From: an uncultured virus (IMG/VR IMGVR_UViG_3300034683_000273)
Taxonomy: Duplodnaviria > Heunggongvirae > Uroviricota > Caudoviricetes
Virus record (IMG/VR): IMGVR_UViG_3300034683_000273
DNA: 64,000 nt
Reading direction: 5' to 3' (one strand)
The translations under genes and the position numbers were made by a program. Position 1 is the first letter of the stretch, and each line of letters opens with the position of its first letter. The notes beneath the pieces are model-generated. The model saw only the letters and a list, made by a program, of their open reading frames with translations. It was not told where the DNA came from and did no database searches. This document shows positions 1 through 9,902 of this stretch, piece after piece.

Positions 1-55
1 AAATCTTCTCCATCTCGAGTAAATCGAAAATCGTCTGTAACCATTGTAAATACAG

Positions 56-103
56 CTATTTCGTAGATTCCACCTTTTGTATTCCTACTACACACTCGAC
101 GTG
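56..103 (-). pseudogene. Displaced 3' end of rlmD/rumA-type methyltransferase (HVECVVGIQKVESTK*); left attachment junction of prophage 1
   Basis: Minus strand reads CAC GTC GAG TGT GTA ... AAA TAG; HVE(C/T)V is the conserved C-terminal motif of RlmD/TrmA enzymes, a known integration hotspot. Confidence 0.75.
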
Positions 104-248
104 CACCCCAAGCAGATTTTACATTATTTAAAAATATTTTTCTGTTCAAATTAAATCTTATGATATTAAAAACACTTATTTTTCAACGATATTAATATTT
201 TTTTTAATATTATATAAGATTTTAAAAATTATATTGATTTTTCTTCGC

Positions 249-275
249 CGCTGGCAACTTGTAGGCATTGCCAAC
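249..275. repeat. Integrase arm-type sites, left end
   Basis: gctggcaacttgtaggcattgccaac resembles gttggcaaatcgtaggaaat and tttgccaac at 35597-35640 next to the integrase. Confidence 0.6.
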
Positions 276-287
276 AGATATATATCG

Positions 288-317
288 AAAAAGAGCTAGG
301 AGTAATCTTAGCTCTTT
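288..317 (-). terminator. Intrinsic terminator after lysin
   Basis: aaagagctag/ttagctcttt inverted repeat with flanking A/T tracts. Confidence 0.75.
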
Positions 318-329
318 GATTTATTTTGA

Positions 330-1688
330 CTAATCCAACAATCCAAGTCTATCTAATATTACCATCAACTCTGCTCTTGTTGGAGTTTTATCTGGTCTAA
401 ATGTTCCATCTTCGTAACCGTTTACAATGCCTTTTTTAATAGCCTTTTCAATACTTGCTTTCGCCCAATGATTCTCAATATCTTTAAATATCATCATATC
501 AACTCCTATTATCATATAGTTTCCTAAGCTACTGTTATAGCCAACTTTTTTTATTTCTAAATCGAATGGTGCATAAATATCAAAATTATCAGTTGTTTGT
601 TTTCTGTTTATTGGAACAACATCTACCCCATAATGCTCGTATAAACCATTAGCATAAGTAATTTTATAACCTTCTTCCTTATAAGTTGTAGTTATAAAAG
701 GTTCTATTTTGAATAAATCATTTGATATAAAATCATACAGAATTTTTTCACAAGGAATGAATTCACCCTTTTCTATTTGTAAATAGGTAAAGAAATCATG
801 CTCTCCGTATATAAAAGCCAAATCTAAATGGCTTCCATTTGATTGTCCTGTATTGCCCATTCGTGCAATTTTCTGCCCTCGTTTCACTTTACCTGAAGTA
901 ACGTAAACTTTTTCTAAGTGACCTAATCTACCGGTAAGTTTTGTGCTCTCTAAGTCATTTATTTTTTCTGGCAATCTAGGCACCCCCCATCCAAAACTTG
1001 TATCATATCCTTCTACCCCATAATCAACTGAAATGCTTTTCATTATTTCTATTACTTCTTCTTGAGTTTTTAAACCGTAGCGTTGCATAATCAAAGCCAC
1101 CATACCCGAAAATACAGGCTGTGCAAATGATGTCCCGTTTAACTCTCCATGTAGAGTGGTAAAATGTAAGCTGTCCTCACCCATAGCAGAATAACTCTCT
1201 ACCATTACATTGCCTTTAATCAGCTTAATTGCGCCAATATTTATACCTACCCTCTCAAATTTACCTGTTACTCCTTGCAAATCATTATTGCCAGCTGCAC
1301 CAACAAGCACAACACCCAAAGACTTAAGATATTCCTCAGCAGGTCTAGGCATTCCTTCCGATTCAGATGATACGCTCAGACCGATTATATGTATGTTGTT
1401 TTCAATTACAAACTCTTTTAAGTCTATTGGTTTACCATCTACAATAACGTTAAAATAAAGGCATTCATTACCCTTGGATTGTAGATTATATCCATGCAAA
1501 AAAGTTTTCGCTTCTGGTGCTACTAGCGAAAATATATCAACTACATTCTCACCATGTTCTGAATCTTCTAACTCAAGGAAGTTAATTCCTTTGCCCTTAA
1601 AACCCATAGAGTGCCAATTTGACACCCCATGAAAGTCTAAGGTTTCTTTGCGTTTAGCGATTTTATATTCTTCGTATGTCATTGACAT
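330..1688 (-). CDS. Putative endolysin: S8 subtilisin-like peptidase + circularly permuted M23 peptidase + SLH domain
   Basis: HG, AAGN and GTSFA subtilase motifs; GHL..VKRGQKIARMGNTGQSNGSHL and HYGVD M23 motifs; C-terminal FKDIENHWA..GYEDGTFRPD..TRAE SLH; directly after holin. Confidence 0.8.
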   Translation of the reverse strand: MSMTYEEYKIAKRKETLDFHGVSNWHSMGFKGKGINFLELEDSEHGENVVDIFSLVAPEAKTFLHGYNLQSKGNECLYFNVIVDGKPIDLKEFVIENNIHIIGLSVSSESEGMPRPAEEYLKSLGVVLVGAAGNNDLQGVTGKFERVGINIGAIKLIKGNVMVESYSAMGEDSLHFTTLHGELNGTSFAQPVFSGMVALIMQRYGLKTQEEVIEIMKSISVDYGVEGYDTSFGWGVPRLPEKINDLESTKLTGRLGHLEKVYVTSGKVKRGQKIARMGNTGQSNGSHLDLAFIYGEHDFFTYLQIEKGEFIPCEKILYDFISNDLFKIEPFITTTYKEEGYKITYANGLYEHYGVDVVPINRKQTTDNFDIYAPFDLEIKKVGYNSSLGNYMIIGVDMMIFKDIENHWAKASIEKAIKKGIVNGYEDGTFRPDKTPTRAELMVILDRLGLLD

Positions 1689-1696
1689 AAAATAAC

Positions 1697-2161
1697 CTAC
1701 CTTTTATCAGCGTTAGTATTAACATTAGCATCCTCTTGATTTGCGTTATCTTTAGCCTGCTTTAAAATTTTAACCAAGAATGGAGGTAAAGGGATTCCTG
1801 TTTTTTCTGCATTTTCAGCTATGCTCAAAAGCTCCATTACTATATAGAAATATATAGTAGTGTCTCTGATGTACGTCATACTTAAAGCGTAATCAGCCAT
1901 ACAAGCTAGGGACACGATTAAAAATATAGTTACCTTCTTGATTATACCCTTGTAACCTATAGCGCTCGACAATTGCCCTAAATATGCTCCAGCCAAAATG
2001 CCAGTAATAAAATCAACGGTTACAACTATAACCAATATCCTTAATGTCATATCCCAACCCCCTAAAAAAGTAGATGCTATAAAACTAAAAAATAAGACAA
2101 GCGACTTAAATAAGCCGCCTCCTGTTCCTGTTGCTATTAAATTCTCTAATTGTTCTTTCAT
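1697..2161 (-). CDS. Holin (phage holin 4_1 / TcdE-like)
   Basis: LGGWD..DFITG..SSAIGYKGIIKK..ELLSIAENA..GIPLP pattern with hydrophobic helices. Confidence 0.9.
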   Translation of the reverse strand: MKEQLENLIATGTGGGLFKSLVLFFSFIASTFLGGWDMTLRILVIVVTVDFITGILAGAYLGQLSSAIGYKGIIKKVTIFLIVSLACMADYALSMTYIRDTTIYFYIVMELLSIAENAEKTGIPLPPFLVKILKQAKDNANQEDANVNTNADKR

Positions 2162-2179
2162 TGTTTTCTCCTTTCTTTA

Positions 2180-2896
2180 TTACACTGCATAAACTCTACC
2201 TTGTACTTTATTGGTAGAACTTACACTAATACCAATACTCGACAATGAAGTTACACTTGTACTATGATATGAAACTTGCGTTTGTTGGGTTGAACTGTTT
2301 ATTACTGATGTTCTACTTATAATTATGAAATTTGATGGTATCAATGTTATTGTTATGAAATGAGCATTTACTGAAGAGCTACCATTAGTGACGAATGATT
2401 GCAAATTACTGCCATTGACTCTTATGTAGTTAGTACCATCACCGCTGGAATTATGAGTATGGTACAGTGCAAATGTTATTTGGGTATACGCACTTGGTAT
2501 TGCCAAATCAGACGTCCCTGCGCCAGTTCTACTAATTGACCCTATAAATTTACCGATTGCATCAGGTATAGTATCAACTTTTTCCTTATCCGAAGTACTC
2601 ATAAATCCGTTTTCGATTGTAGATGCAATGGCATGAGAGTCACCACCACTACCAACATGCGCGTTAAAATCAGCTGTTAAATCCCCTAAATCTCCCTCAA
2701 GTGATTCTATACCCTCTGCATTGTTAATGATTGAGTTTTCAATCTCATTCATATTAACAGCGTTTACAGGAGTTCCGGCTTCTGTAATTTCTCCAGTGAC
2801 CGGCATTAAATCAAATACATCTTCTTGTCCCGCAACAGGTATCAACTGATACCTTTTAGGATGTTCAACAATTCTATCCTTCCATTCTAAAGCCAT
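2180..2896 (-). CDS. Short tail fibre / receptor-binding protein
   Basis: N-terminal WKDRIVEHP..GTPVNA(xN)MN anchor seen in clostridial phage fibres; position at end of tail module. Confidence 0.6.
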   Translation of the reverse strand: MALEWKDRIVEHPKRYQLIPVAGQEDVFDLMPVTGEITEAGTPVNAVNMNEIENSIINNAEGIESLEGDLGDLTADFNAHVGSGGDSHAIASTIENGFMSTSDKEKVDTIPDAIGKFIGSISRTGAGTSDLAIPSAYTQITFALYHTHNSSGDGTNYIRVNGSNLQSFVTNGSSSVNAHFITITLIPSNFIIISRTSVINSSTQQTQVSYHSTSVTSLSSIGISVSSTNKVQGRVYAV

Positions 2897-2908
2897 TTAA
2901 TCATCTCC

Positions 2909-3304
2909 TTATCCTATTTTTTCCTCGCCCGCATTAAATGTTCCACAATACTTAAAACTATTTTTCATTCTTTCTAATATATCATTGAGATTAAACAAAT
3001 TCTGTTCAAGACTATTCACATCTTGCCAATCAAGGCTATTCCAGTATCTTATATCAGGGCTACCATCCAATTTGTGATAAGCATCAATTAGTGTATTTAT
3101 GTTATCCCTTATCCTATTTATTTGAAATGAATAAGGAAAATCATTCATGCTCCAATCCATTTTTGCTTCTATCTCTATCTGATATCCATATAAAAATAAC
3201 TGCTCAGCAATATAAGAGCAGTTACCTTCAATTCTATTAAGCACTTCAAAGGTTAGATATCCTTTATCCAGTGCAGTTCTATTAGTCACAGGCTCAAGCC
3301 ACAT
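2909..3304 (-). CDS. Baseplate/tail-tip protein
   Basis: W.EPVT.R..KGYL..LNRIE.N pattern; position in tail module. Confidence 0.55.
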   Translation of the reverse strand: MWLEPVTNRTALDKGYLTFEVLNRIEGNCSYIAEQLFLYGYQIEIEAKMDWSMNDFPYSFQINRIRDNINTLIDAYHKLDGSPDIRYWNSLDWQDVNSLEQNLFNLNDILERMKNSFKYCGTFNAGEEKIG

Positions 3305-4978
3305 TTAAATCACTCCTCCAGTTAATGTCATGTCGGCAATAAAGCCACCTGTTAAGTTGATGTCAAGCTTTTCTATGTACCCTTCTATTTTTTGTTCATA
3401 TAAGCTATCCAGAGTTATCAACTCTCCACAGCTTTCATCCTTTAACATTATCATTCCATCATCCTGGTGCCTAAGCTGATAATAGTCATATATCTTTTGG
3501 GCTATAGCAGCTGCATTATTACTCGATATTAACGTTCCCTTTTTTACGCTCAAAACATTGGTCTTTTCTCCTGCCGGCAAACTTGGAGTATATACTCCGA
3601 AAATCTTAGTAGTATCAGTATATTTCTTTCCCGTCAAAACTACATTTCCTTCAGCAACAACATTAATAACTGCATAATTTGCTCCACTTTCTGTAATTGT
3701 TGCGCCCGTAATATTCAAACTATGAGCAGGTTCACCAAACAATATTTCATGAGCTCCTATAGATAAAACACCATCAAACAAAGATATAGTTTCCGTTGCA
3801 GCTACATAGTTATGTGACGTTATTTCAACACCTGTAACTAAAGACTTAAGCCTAACCTTATGGCCATAAATCTTTCTGTCATATGAGATAGTTCTATTGT
3901 TTAATGCAGGAGCTGCTCTTATCTTAATTTTATCTGACCTGCTGCAATCCACTATTGCACCTATAGCAAAAGCTACCTGTTGCAAAGCTTCCCTGTGAGT
4001 GCAAACAGGAATATAACCACTTAATGTCATGGGCTCTAAATTTTCATCCAAATCATATTCAGCATTGGCACTTGTCATTATCTGACCTACAATGCTGTCT
4101 ACTGTAACAGCAGAATAGATTCCACCTTTAAAAGTTGCCACGTCTATTACTCCTATAAGATCAATAGCGTTCATAACAATTGTACTCTCATTATCATTTG
4201 ACCAATCCTCAAGATAAAAAGTACCCATGTTTTTTTTAATTCCATCAAGGTATATGTACGCAGTAAGAGGCTGTCTCTGTTGAAGCAAAGAATAAATACC
4301 TGTTGGGTTCATTACTGAAAACTCAGTATCCTTTGAATGCAAGGTCAGATTCAGGGTATTAATCCTAATTTCAGAGCTTGTTAAATCCACTTCTTCCAGC
4401 ACGTTGGCTGAGATCAAAACACTGCTGTCAAATATTTTAATTTGTCCAAATTCTATTTGTGTAAGCTTTAAGTATCTATACGGTTTGTTTGTCGTTCTAA
4501 AAGTAATTACAATCCTTCTATAATTTTCAACCATGTTCTCCGCAAAATAAATAGCTGCATCAGGACTAAAGTTTTTATCGTCTAACAAAGTTTCCGACTC
4601 ATCATACCACTTAATGTTTAAATCTATGCAATAATCATTAGTCGATTCGTTAAACACAAGGGTTAACCCTATACTGCTATGATTCGAAGAAAAATCTATA
4701 TCTAACACTACTGGGCTTTCAAACGCACCCTCTTCATCACTCATTGACTGAGACCAGAATCCAAACTCCTCATTTTCAGGCACATCAGGGAACAACTCAT
4801 AAGTTCCATCCAAAAGAAAATAATCTTTTTCAAGCGTTCCAAATTTTTTAGTAGTTATTTCTTTTGTCTTTAACTGATTTAAATCAACAAAGCTCTGCTT
4901 ATCTGATGTAGAAGGAGTGCTGTCTTCCTTTGCTGTAACGTCAATTATTTTAAAAGATATAGCAGTTTTTGTTTTCAT
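3305..4978 (-). CDS. Baseplate hub / tail-tip protein
   Basis: 557 aa ORF after the Dit-like gene; GYIP..THREALQQVAFA hub-like motif. Confidence 0.6.
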   Translation of the reverse strand: MKTKTAISFKIIDVTAKEDSTPSTSDKQSFVDLNQLKTKEITTKKFGTLEKDYFLLDGTYELFPDVPENEEFGFWSQSMSDEEGAFESPVVLDIDFSSNHSSIGLTLVFNESTNDYCIDLNIKWYDESETLLDDKNFSPDAAIYFAENMVENYRRIVITFRTTNKPYRYLKLTQIEFGQIKIFDSSVLISANVLEEVDLTSSEIRINTLNLTLHSKDTEFSVMNPTGIYSLLQQRQPLTAYIYLDGIKKNMGTFYLEDWSNDNESTIVMNAIDLIGVIDVATFKGGIYSAVTVDSIVGQIMTSANAEYDLDENLEPMTLSGYIPVCTHREALQQVAFAIGAIVDCSRSDKIKIRAAPALNNRTISYDRKIYGHKVRLKSLVTGVEITSHNYVAATETISLFDGVLSIGAHEILFGEPAHSLNITGATITESGANYAVINVVAEGNVVLTGKKYTDTTKIFGVYTPSLPAGEKTNVLSVKKGTLISSNNAAAIAQKIYDYYQLRHQDDGMIMLKDESCGELITLDSLYEQKIEGYIEKLDINLTGGFIADMTLTGGVI

Positions 4979-4981
4979 AAA

Positions 4982-5371
4982 TTAACTCCTTGATGGGGTT
5001 TTGGCTATAAATTTTATCTGCAAATTCCCCCAATAGTTAATGCTGCTGTTTCCGATTTTCAGAAGTTCATCTGATACTCCTGTAATATAAGCCTGAAAAG
5101 TAAAAGAACCTATAGTACCCGGAACAACAACCGTATGGAATTCTACAGGCTCAGTAACCTTATCATACAGCCTTGCATACTCCGAAGGGTCTAAATGTAG
5201 CCTTGGAAATGTCAAGGTATAATTAAAATAAACTCCTATTATTTCTCTGTTTAAATCTCCATCTTCTGTCCTATTAGCATATTTATCTAACACAGGAGCA
5301 TCTCTTTTAACGCTAACAAGACCTATATCAAAGGTTTCTCCGTCAATGCTAAATACTTCCTTAGCCTGCAT
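4982..5371 (-). CDS. Distal tail (Dit-like) protein
   Basis: Follows tape measure; RTEDG.L.REIIG motif. Confidence 0.6.
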   Translation of the reverse strand: MQAKEVFSIDGETFDIGLVSVKRDAPVLDKYANRTEDGDLNREIIGVYFNYTLTFPRLHLDPSEYARLYDKVTEPVEFHTVVVPGTIGSFTFQAYITGVSDELLKIGNSSINYWGNLQIKFIAKTPSRS

Positions 5372-7510
5372 TTAAACCACCCCTTCAATCAAATTATTAC
5401 CTACCCGTTTATTCTCCTTATCAATGTAAGGCTTTAGAACTCTGATCAATTGTCCCATATTACCTGCAAAGTTAATGGTAACATCCTGATTTCCTGACAA
5501 TCCTTCTAATTCTTCTTTAATTATCTGTCTTATTAACCCTTCTGGTGCTTCTATATTCCTGCCAGATTTTTGATCCCCAAGTATGGCTAAGAACTCGCTG
5601 TTTGGCGGGATGACCGCTCCTGTGGCAAGTGCTGGTACAGGGATCTTAAACCCACCCTTGAATTTTTTCAAAATATCTAATACAGCTACAGCACCTCCCA
5701 CAAGGGTAATGCCCGTAGATTTCGAAAAGCTTGTTTTAGGTGAAAACATGCCAGTTATTTTTTCTCCAATACCTTCTCTAAAATTATTGTAGTTTTCCCA
5801 AGCAAGAGCTAATCCATTTACAAAATTACTTACTATACCTGTTGCGGTTTCTCCCGAAATAGAAATCATCCCATTCCCCCAAGCTGTAAACTCTTTTAAC
5901 ATAGAATCTACCCAATTAACAGTGTTTTCAAAAGTTGTAGTTAAAAATCCATTAGTGTTAAGGATGCCATTAAGGGACATAGTATAAGTTGCAGCAGAAA
6001 CTATAGCCGCTAATAACCACACACTTCTTGATGCGCTATCTTTCCATTCTTCAGTGTTTTCTTTTATCGATTGACCTGTTCTTTGCAATTTTTCTTCAAC
6101 GTATTCTGCTAATTTTTCAGATGCAGTTTGACTTAAAGAATATATGCTCTGCATTGCCGCAAAAGTAAAAGCTAACTTCCCAAGCAAATCGTTCGAAAAA
6201 TCCTCTATTGTTTTTTCTACCAAGTCGGATTCAAGTACTAGAGAATTATTAAGTCCCCAATCAGGTTCGTATATAGGTGAAGGTATAGGTTCAAAAGAAG
6301 GCGCCGGCATTGGGGGTAAATTCAGACCCCAATTAGGTTTGTAAACGGGATCAGGCAATTCTGCAAAAATCGGTGAAGGAATGTATACCGGCATCATCAA
6401 AGTTGAATTAAGCCTATTAAATCTATCCTCTGTAATAATAAAGAAATTATCTATCTCTTTTTTTAATCCCTTGACATTTTCCTCAGATTCCTTCATATCC
6501 TCAGTAAAGCTTGTAGAAAAATCAAAATCACCTATGCTCGTATCAGTTGAACCAATATCATTTTGCAACACATTAAGCTCGTCAAAAGGAGCCAATGCCT
6601 TTTTTGCTGCCTTAGTGGCTTCATTAATTCCATCAGCGAACTCAAACTCTGCATCCGTTGCTATCGAAGTAGAATTTGCCACCTCCAAAGTTTTGCCGGT
6701 TAAAGCAGTGTATATTTCTCCTATTTTTTTAAGTATATTTATTAAAATTTCTAAGGTCTTGTTTAAAAATCTTATTACAGGGAGTAGCATTGGAATTAAA
6801 ACATTGCCTAAAAGCCCTAAGAACTCTTTCCATCTTTCCGTTAAAATTCTTGTCTGGTTAGCCCAGGATCCTGAAGTTTTGGAAAAGTCACCCTGGGCAA
6901 GAGACAACTTCTCGGTAACAAACTTATATCTGAGCATAACAAGCTCTGATTGAGACATAGCCGAAATATTTTTATTTATACCTTTAGCGTAAGCAAATTG
7001 TTGAAGATTTGCCTGAGTCATGACTACACCAAATTTCTTTAAAGCCTCTGTCTCTCCTGTCCATATAGATTTCAAAGCGGTGTCGGCAACATCTTGACTG
7101 ACATTAAAAAATGATGCCATATCTCCAGTTAGTCCTGTAACTTCTAAAGCCATATCAGCAGCAGCCTCTCCCGTTATGCCCATTCCTCTAGACATAGCCA
7201 TATAAGTGCTAGCTGTCCTTTTAGCAGTCAATTCAGACATGCCGAACTTTTCTATAGCTGTATCAGCAAACTTTTCAACCTTTGATGACATATCTCCAAA
7301 AGCTGTATCTACTACGTTTTGTACTTCTTGTAACTGAGATGCCATATTAACTGCACTTTTTCCAATTTCAACAATCATCTGCGCAATCTTAACTTTGATA
7401 AATACAGATGCAAAACCCTTCATAGCCTTTGTTATGCCATCCATGCCTTTATTAAAGCCTTGAGTATTTATATTTGTATCTATTCTAATACTTCCATCAT
7501 AACCAACCAC
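5372..7510 (-). CDS. Tail tape measure protein
   Basis: DGSIRIDT start, Ala-rich helical body, LATGAVIPPN..LGDQ..EAPE C-terminal motif. Confidence 0.9.
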   Translation of the reverse strand: MVGYDGSIRIDTNINTQGFNKGMDGITKAMKGFASVFIKVKIAQMIVEIGKSAVNMASQLQEVQNVVDTAFGDMSSKVEKFADTAIEKFGMSELTAKRTASTYMAMSRGMGITGEAAADMALEVTGLTGDMASFFNVSQDVADTALKSIWTGETEALKKFGVVMTQANLQQFAYAKGINKNISAMSQSELVMLRYKFVTEKLSLAQGDFSKTSGSWANQTRILTERWKEFLGLLGNVLIPMLLPVIRFLNKTLEILINILKKIGEIYTALTGKTLEVANSTSIATDAEFEFADGINEATKAAKKALAPFDELNVLQNDIGSTDTSIGDFDFSTSFTEDMKESEENVKGLKKEIDNFFIITEDRFNRLNSTLMMPVYIPSPIFAELPDPVYKPNWGLNLPPMPAPSFEPIPSPIYEPDWGLNNSLVLESDLVEKTIEDFSNDLLGKLAFTFAAMQSIYSLSQTASEKLAEYVEEKLQRTGQSIKENTEEWKDSASRSVWLLAAIVSAATYTMSLNGILNTNGFLTTTFENTVNWVDSMLKEFTAWGNGMISISGETATGIVSNFVNGLALAWENYNNFREGIGEKITGMFSPKTSFSKSTGITLVGGAVAVLDILKKFKGGFKIPVPALATGAVIPPNSEFLAILGDQKSGRNIEAPEGLIRQIIKEELEGLSGNQDVTINFAGNMGQLIRVLKPYIDKENKRVGNNLIEGVV

Positions 7511-7540
7511 TTTATACCTCCTTTCTTAAAAATCTACATG

Positions 7541-7563
7541 AAAAAAGCACCCTTTAGAGTGCT
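7541..7563 (-). terminator. Terminator of tail-region moron
   Basis: agcactctaaagggtgctttttt hairpin plus U tract on minus strand. Confidence 0.7.
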
Positions 7564-7571
7564 CGACTTGA

Positions 7572-7889
7572 TCAATATACAGTTAAGCATATTCCTATAA
7601 CTATTATAGATATTATAATGATAACAACATCTTGATTTACTCGTTTTTTTGTTATTAAGTCAAATAACATTTTTATAAAAGTTACCACGAAAACACTTAT
7701 TGCAGTTAACCCAATTATTGAAATTATTATTTCAAACTTATCTTCTGCATTTAAAATTAACATACCCATCATAAATAAATAAACCAAAATCAAAAACCAG
7801 TATTTGCCAAATTCAAAATCATTTTTCTTTTGCTTTTTTTCCGGTTTTGGATCTGGTCGACTTAAATCAGGCGAACCATAAATACCCAT
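7572..7889 (-). CDS. Three-TM membrane protein, moron-like (possible superinfection exclusion)
   Basis: Three hydrophobic segments, AT-rich, own RBS and terminator, inserted between Gp15-like gene and tape measure. Confidence 0.6.
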   Translation of the reverse strand: MGIYGSPDLSRPDPKPEKKQKKNDFEFGKYWFLILVYLFMMGMLILNAEDKFEIIISIIGLTAISVFVVTFIKMLFDLITKKRVNQDVVIIIISIIVIGICLTVY

Positions 7890-7936
7890 AAATAAACCCT
7901 CCTTTTCTAAAAGAGTATCATACTAATCGCAGGTTT

Positions 7937-8500
7937 TCAAACATTTAATTTTTTCATAAACTCTTTTATAACCTCTTCATCCTCTTCCTCAAACTTCTCC
8001 GGAAGGTCTACTATATCCTTAAGGCTGTAATACATCTCTCTTTCTTCTTTAGTGAGTTTTCCTTTAGCTTTTTGGGAACGTAAGTGTACTATTCTATTAA
8101 AAAAGCATTCTTCCCTTAAATCAATAAACAAAAGAGCAAACTTCCACCAGTGCAGATATTCTATCTGTTCTAAATCAATATTATGACTTTGCCTTATCCC
8201 TGAATAAATATACTTGCTATCTTTTTCAAAACTGTAAAGTCTTTCATTTCCTTTGATATTTTCATTCAAAATTTCACCACAATTTAAAAACTTTACAGCC
8301 ATCTTTGTAGCTGATTCAATATTGCCAGGAATTTCTTTATATAAAAGATTTAACATTAAAAATTGTTTTTCCTGCATTGTCAAATCTTCATCCTCAAAAA
8401 CAAGTATTATTTTTAAGCAATTTCTAAAATCCGTATTTAATTCATGAAGCTTTCCATCTATATCAATAGAGGTAGGCAATTTATCCACTAAAACATTCAA
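7937..8500 (-). CDS. A118 Gp15-like tail assembly chaperone
   Basis: NTDFR..YSFEKD..IDL..LHWWKF motif. Confidence 0.85.
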   Translation of the reverse strand: MNVLVDKLPTSIDIDGKLHELNTDFRNCLKIILVFEDEDLTMQEKQFLMLNLLYKEIPGNIESATKMAVKFLNCGEILNENIKGNERLYSFEKDSKYIYSGIRQSHNIDLEQIEYLHWWKFALLFIDLREECFFNRIVHLRSQKAKGKLTKEEREMYYSLKDIVDLPEKFEEEDEEVIKEFMKKLNV

Positions 8501-8937
8501 GCTTTCATCACACCATTTCCATTATTTAAATATTTTTTCATTTTTGAATTTCTAGCATTTATTACATACTCTGCAATTCCATTTAAAAATTGGTCTATCA
8601 GTTCTAACTTAACAATGTTTCCAAAAGCCTTCTCGCTGGTTCCTTTTCCAAATACATAATCAATTTGCTCGGACATATAATTAAACATTTCAACTACTAG
8701 CTTGTTTTCCTCAATATTTTTAATTGAAATCCCAAAAGAATTTATCTCCTCAATTTTGTCGATTTCAGATGCTTTTTTAATAAATTCATCCTTTTTTTGG
8801 TCGAAGTTGGCAATCATTGTGTAATAACGATTTGCAAAAGAAGAATCATCCGGATCAAACTCAATGACTTTAGTTTTATCATTATTAATTAATAATTTAA
8901 TAACATTAGAGCTAGATTTAATCTTAATACTGTTCAT
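8497..8937 (-). CDS. Tail assembly chaperone
   Basis: Position after tail tube; IDYVFGKGT motif. Confidence 0.7.
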   Translation of the reverse strand: MNSIKIKSSSNVIKLLINNDKTKVIEFDPDDSSFANRYYTMIANFDQKKDEFIKKASEIDKIEEINSFGISIKNIEENKLVVEMFNYMSEQIDYVFGKGTSEKAFGNIVKLELIDQFLNGIAEYVINARNSKMKKYLNNGNGVMKA

Positions 8938-8989
8938 GTGTCCTCCTAAAGATTAGAGCCCTGAATATAACAGGACTCTAATTAAATAA

Positions 8990-9472
8990 TTAAGCCGCAG
9001 GTGTGAAGGTTTTTGTTGTTGGATCAAAGGTTCCTTTTGTAGGATCACCGATAAGATTAACCGTATAGTTAATAGCTATGCTCGATCCACCTTCGCCACC
9101 AAAATCATCAACTTGGATTGAACATATATTTTTCTCCGCAGGATAAGCTCCGGAAGTTTCTGTTCCATACAATTCAACTAAAACTACATCCGTCCTTGCA
9201 TCTGATAAAACAGCTCTATTTTTTCTTAAGTTGTCCACAAAAGTAAAAACAGGGTCTCCCGCAATAGCTGTCTGAGGAGTAGGGATGGTTAATTTATAAC
9301 TTTCAACATCCGTCACACCGCTATCCTGGTGTATATAATTTTCCTCTGATGTCTGAGGATTATAGTTAACCGTCTGAGAGGTGATGCCTTCCCCCATCAA
9401 GTTATAAGCAGGTGTTTCACTTGTGCCTGTATTTAAAAATATGGCAAATAAAGATCTTTTTAATTTTCCCAT
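8990..9472 (-). CDS. Major tail tube protein
   Basis: LMGEGI..YNPQT.EENYI..GDP.KGTF pattern; position. Confidence 0.8.
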   Translation of the reverse strand: MGKLKRSLFAIFLNTGTSETPAYNLMGEGITSQTVNYNPQTSEENYIHQDSGVTDVESYKLTIPTPQTAIAGDPVFTFVDNLRKNRAVLSDARTDVVLVELYGTETSGAYPAEKNICSIQVDDFGGEGGSSIAINYTVNLIGDPTKGTFDPTTKTFTPAA

Positions 9473-9476
9473 AATA

Positions 9477-9902
9477 TCATCCTTTCTTTTTAGTAAAAAT
9501 CATTTGAATCTGTACCTGGTAAAGACCGGTACCGTCTTCTTCAATATCAAACAGCAATGCATTTGACACATTAATTTCTTCAACTTCATAATTTGAGGGG
9601 AGTGAAGGGAATATTTCCTTATCATTTTGTTCTTCTATCCAATCACAGAAGTCTTCCAAAAAGTCATAATTATCTTGCCTATCCACTTCATCAGCAGCAG
9701 CTTCCTTTGCGTAGAAAACATAGTTGTTTTGATAAGTTTTATTGCCTGCAATATCTGTCAGAACTCTACTATTACCTGTTGGAGCTACCGCATAGCTTGA
9801 GGGTGCATTTAAAGCGGTATCAGTCATTACCATTTGGATATTTCTAAGCTCCATGTTGTCATACGTTTTAAGATAATCCTGTAACGATTTAATTATGCTC
9901 AT
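9477..9902 (-). CDS. Tail terminator-like protein
   Basis: Position before tail tube; ends YQVQIQMIF. Confidence 0.6.
   Translation of the reverse strand: MSIIKSLQDYLKTYDNMELRNIQMVMTDTALNAPSSYAVAPTGNSRVLTDIAGNKTYQNNYVFYAKEAAADEVDRQDNYDFLEDFCDWIEEQNDKEIFPSLPSNYEVEEINVSNALLFDIEEDGTGLYQVQIQMIFTKKKG

Noticed and set aside
2180..2896. Diversity-generating retroelement target in the tail fibre
   Set aside because: No reverse transcriptase and no template repeat seen in the window
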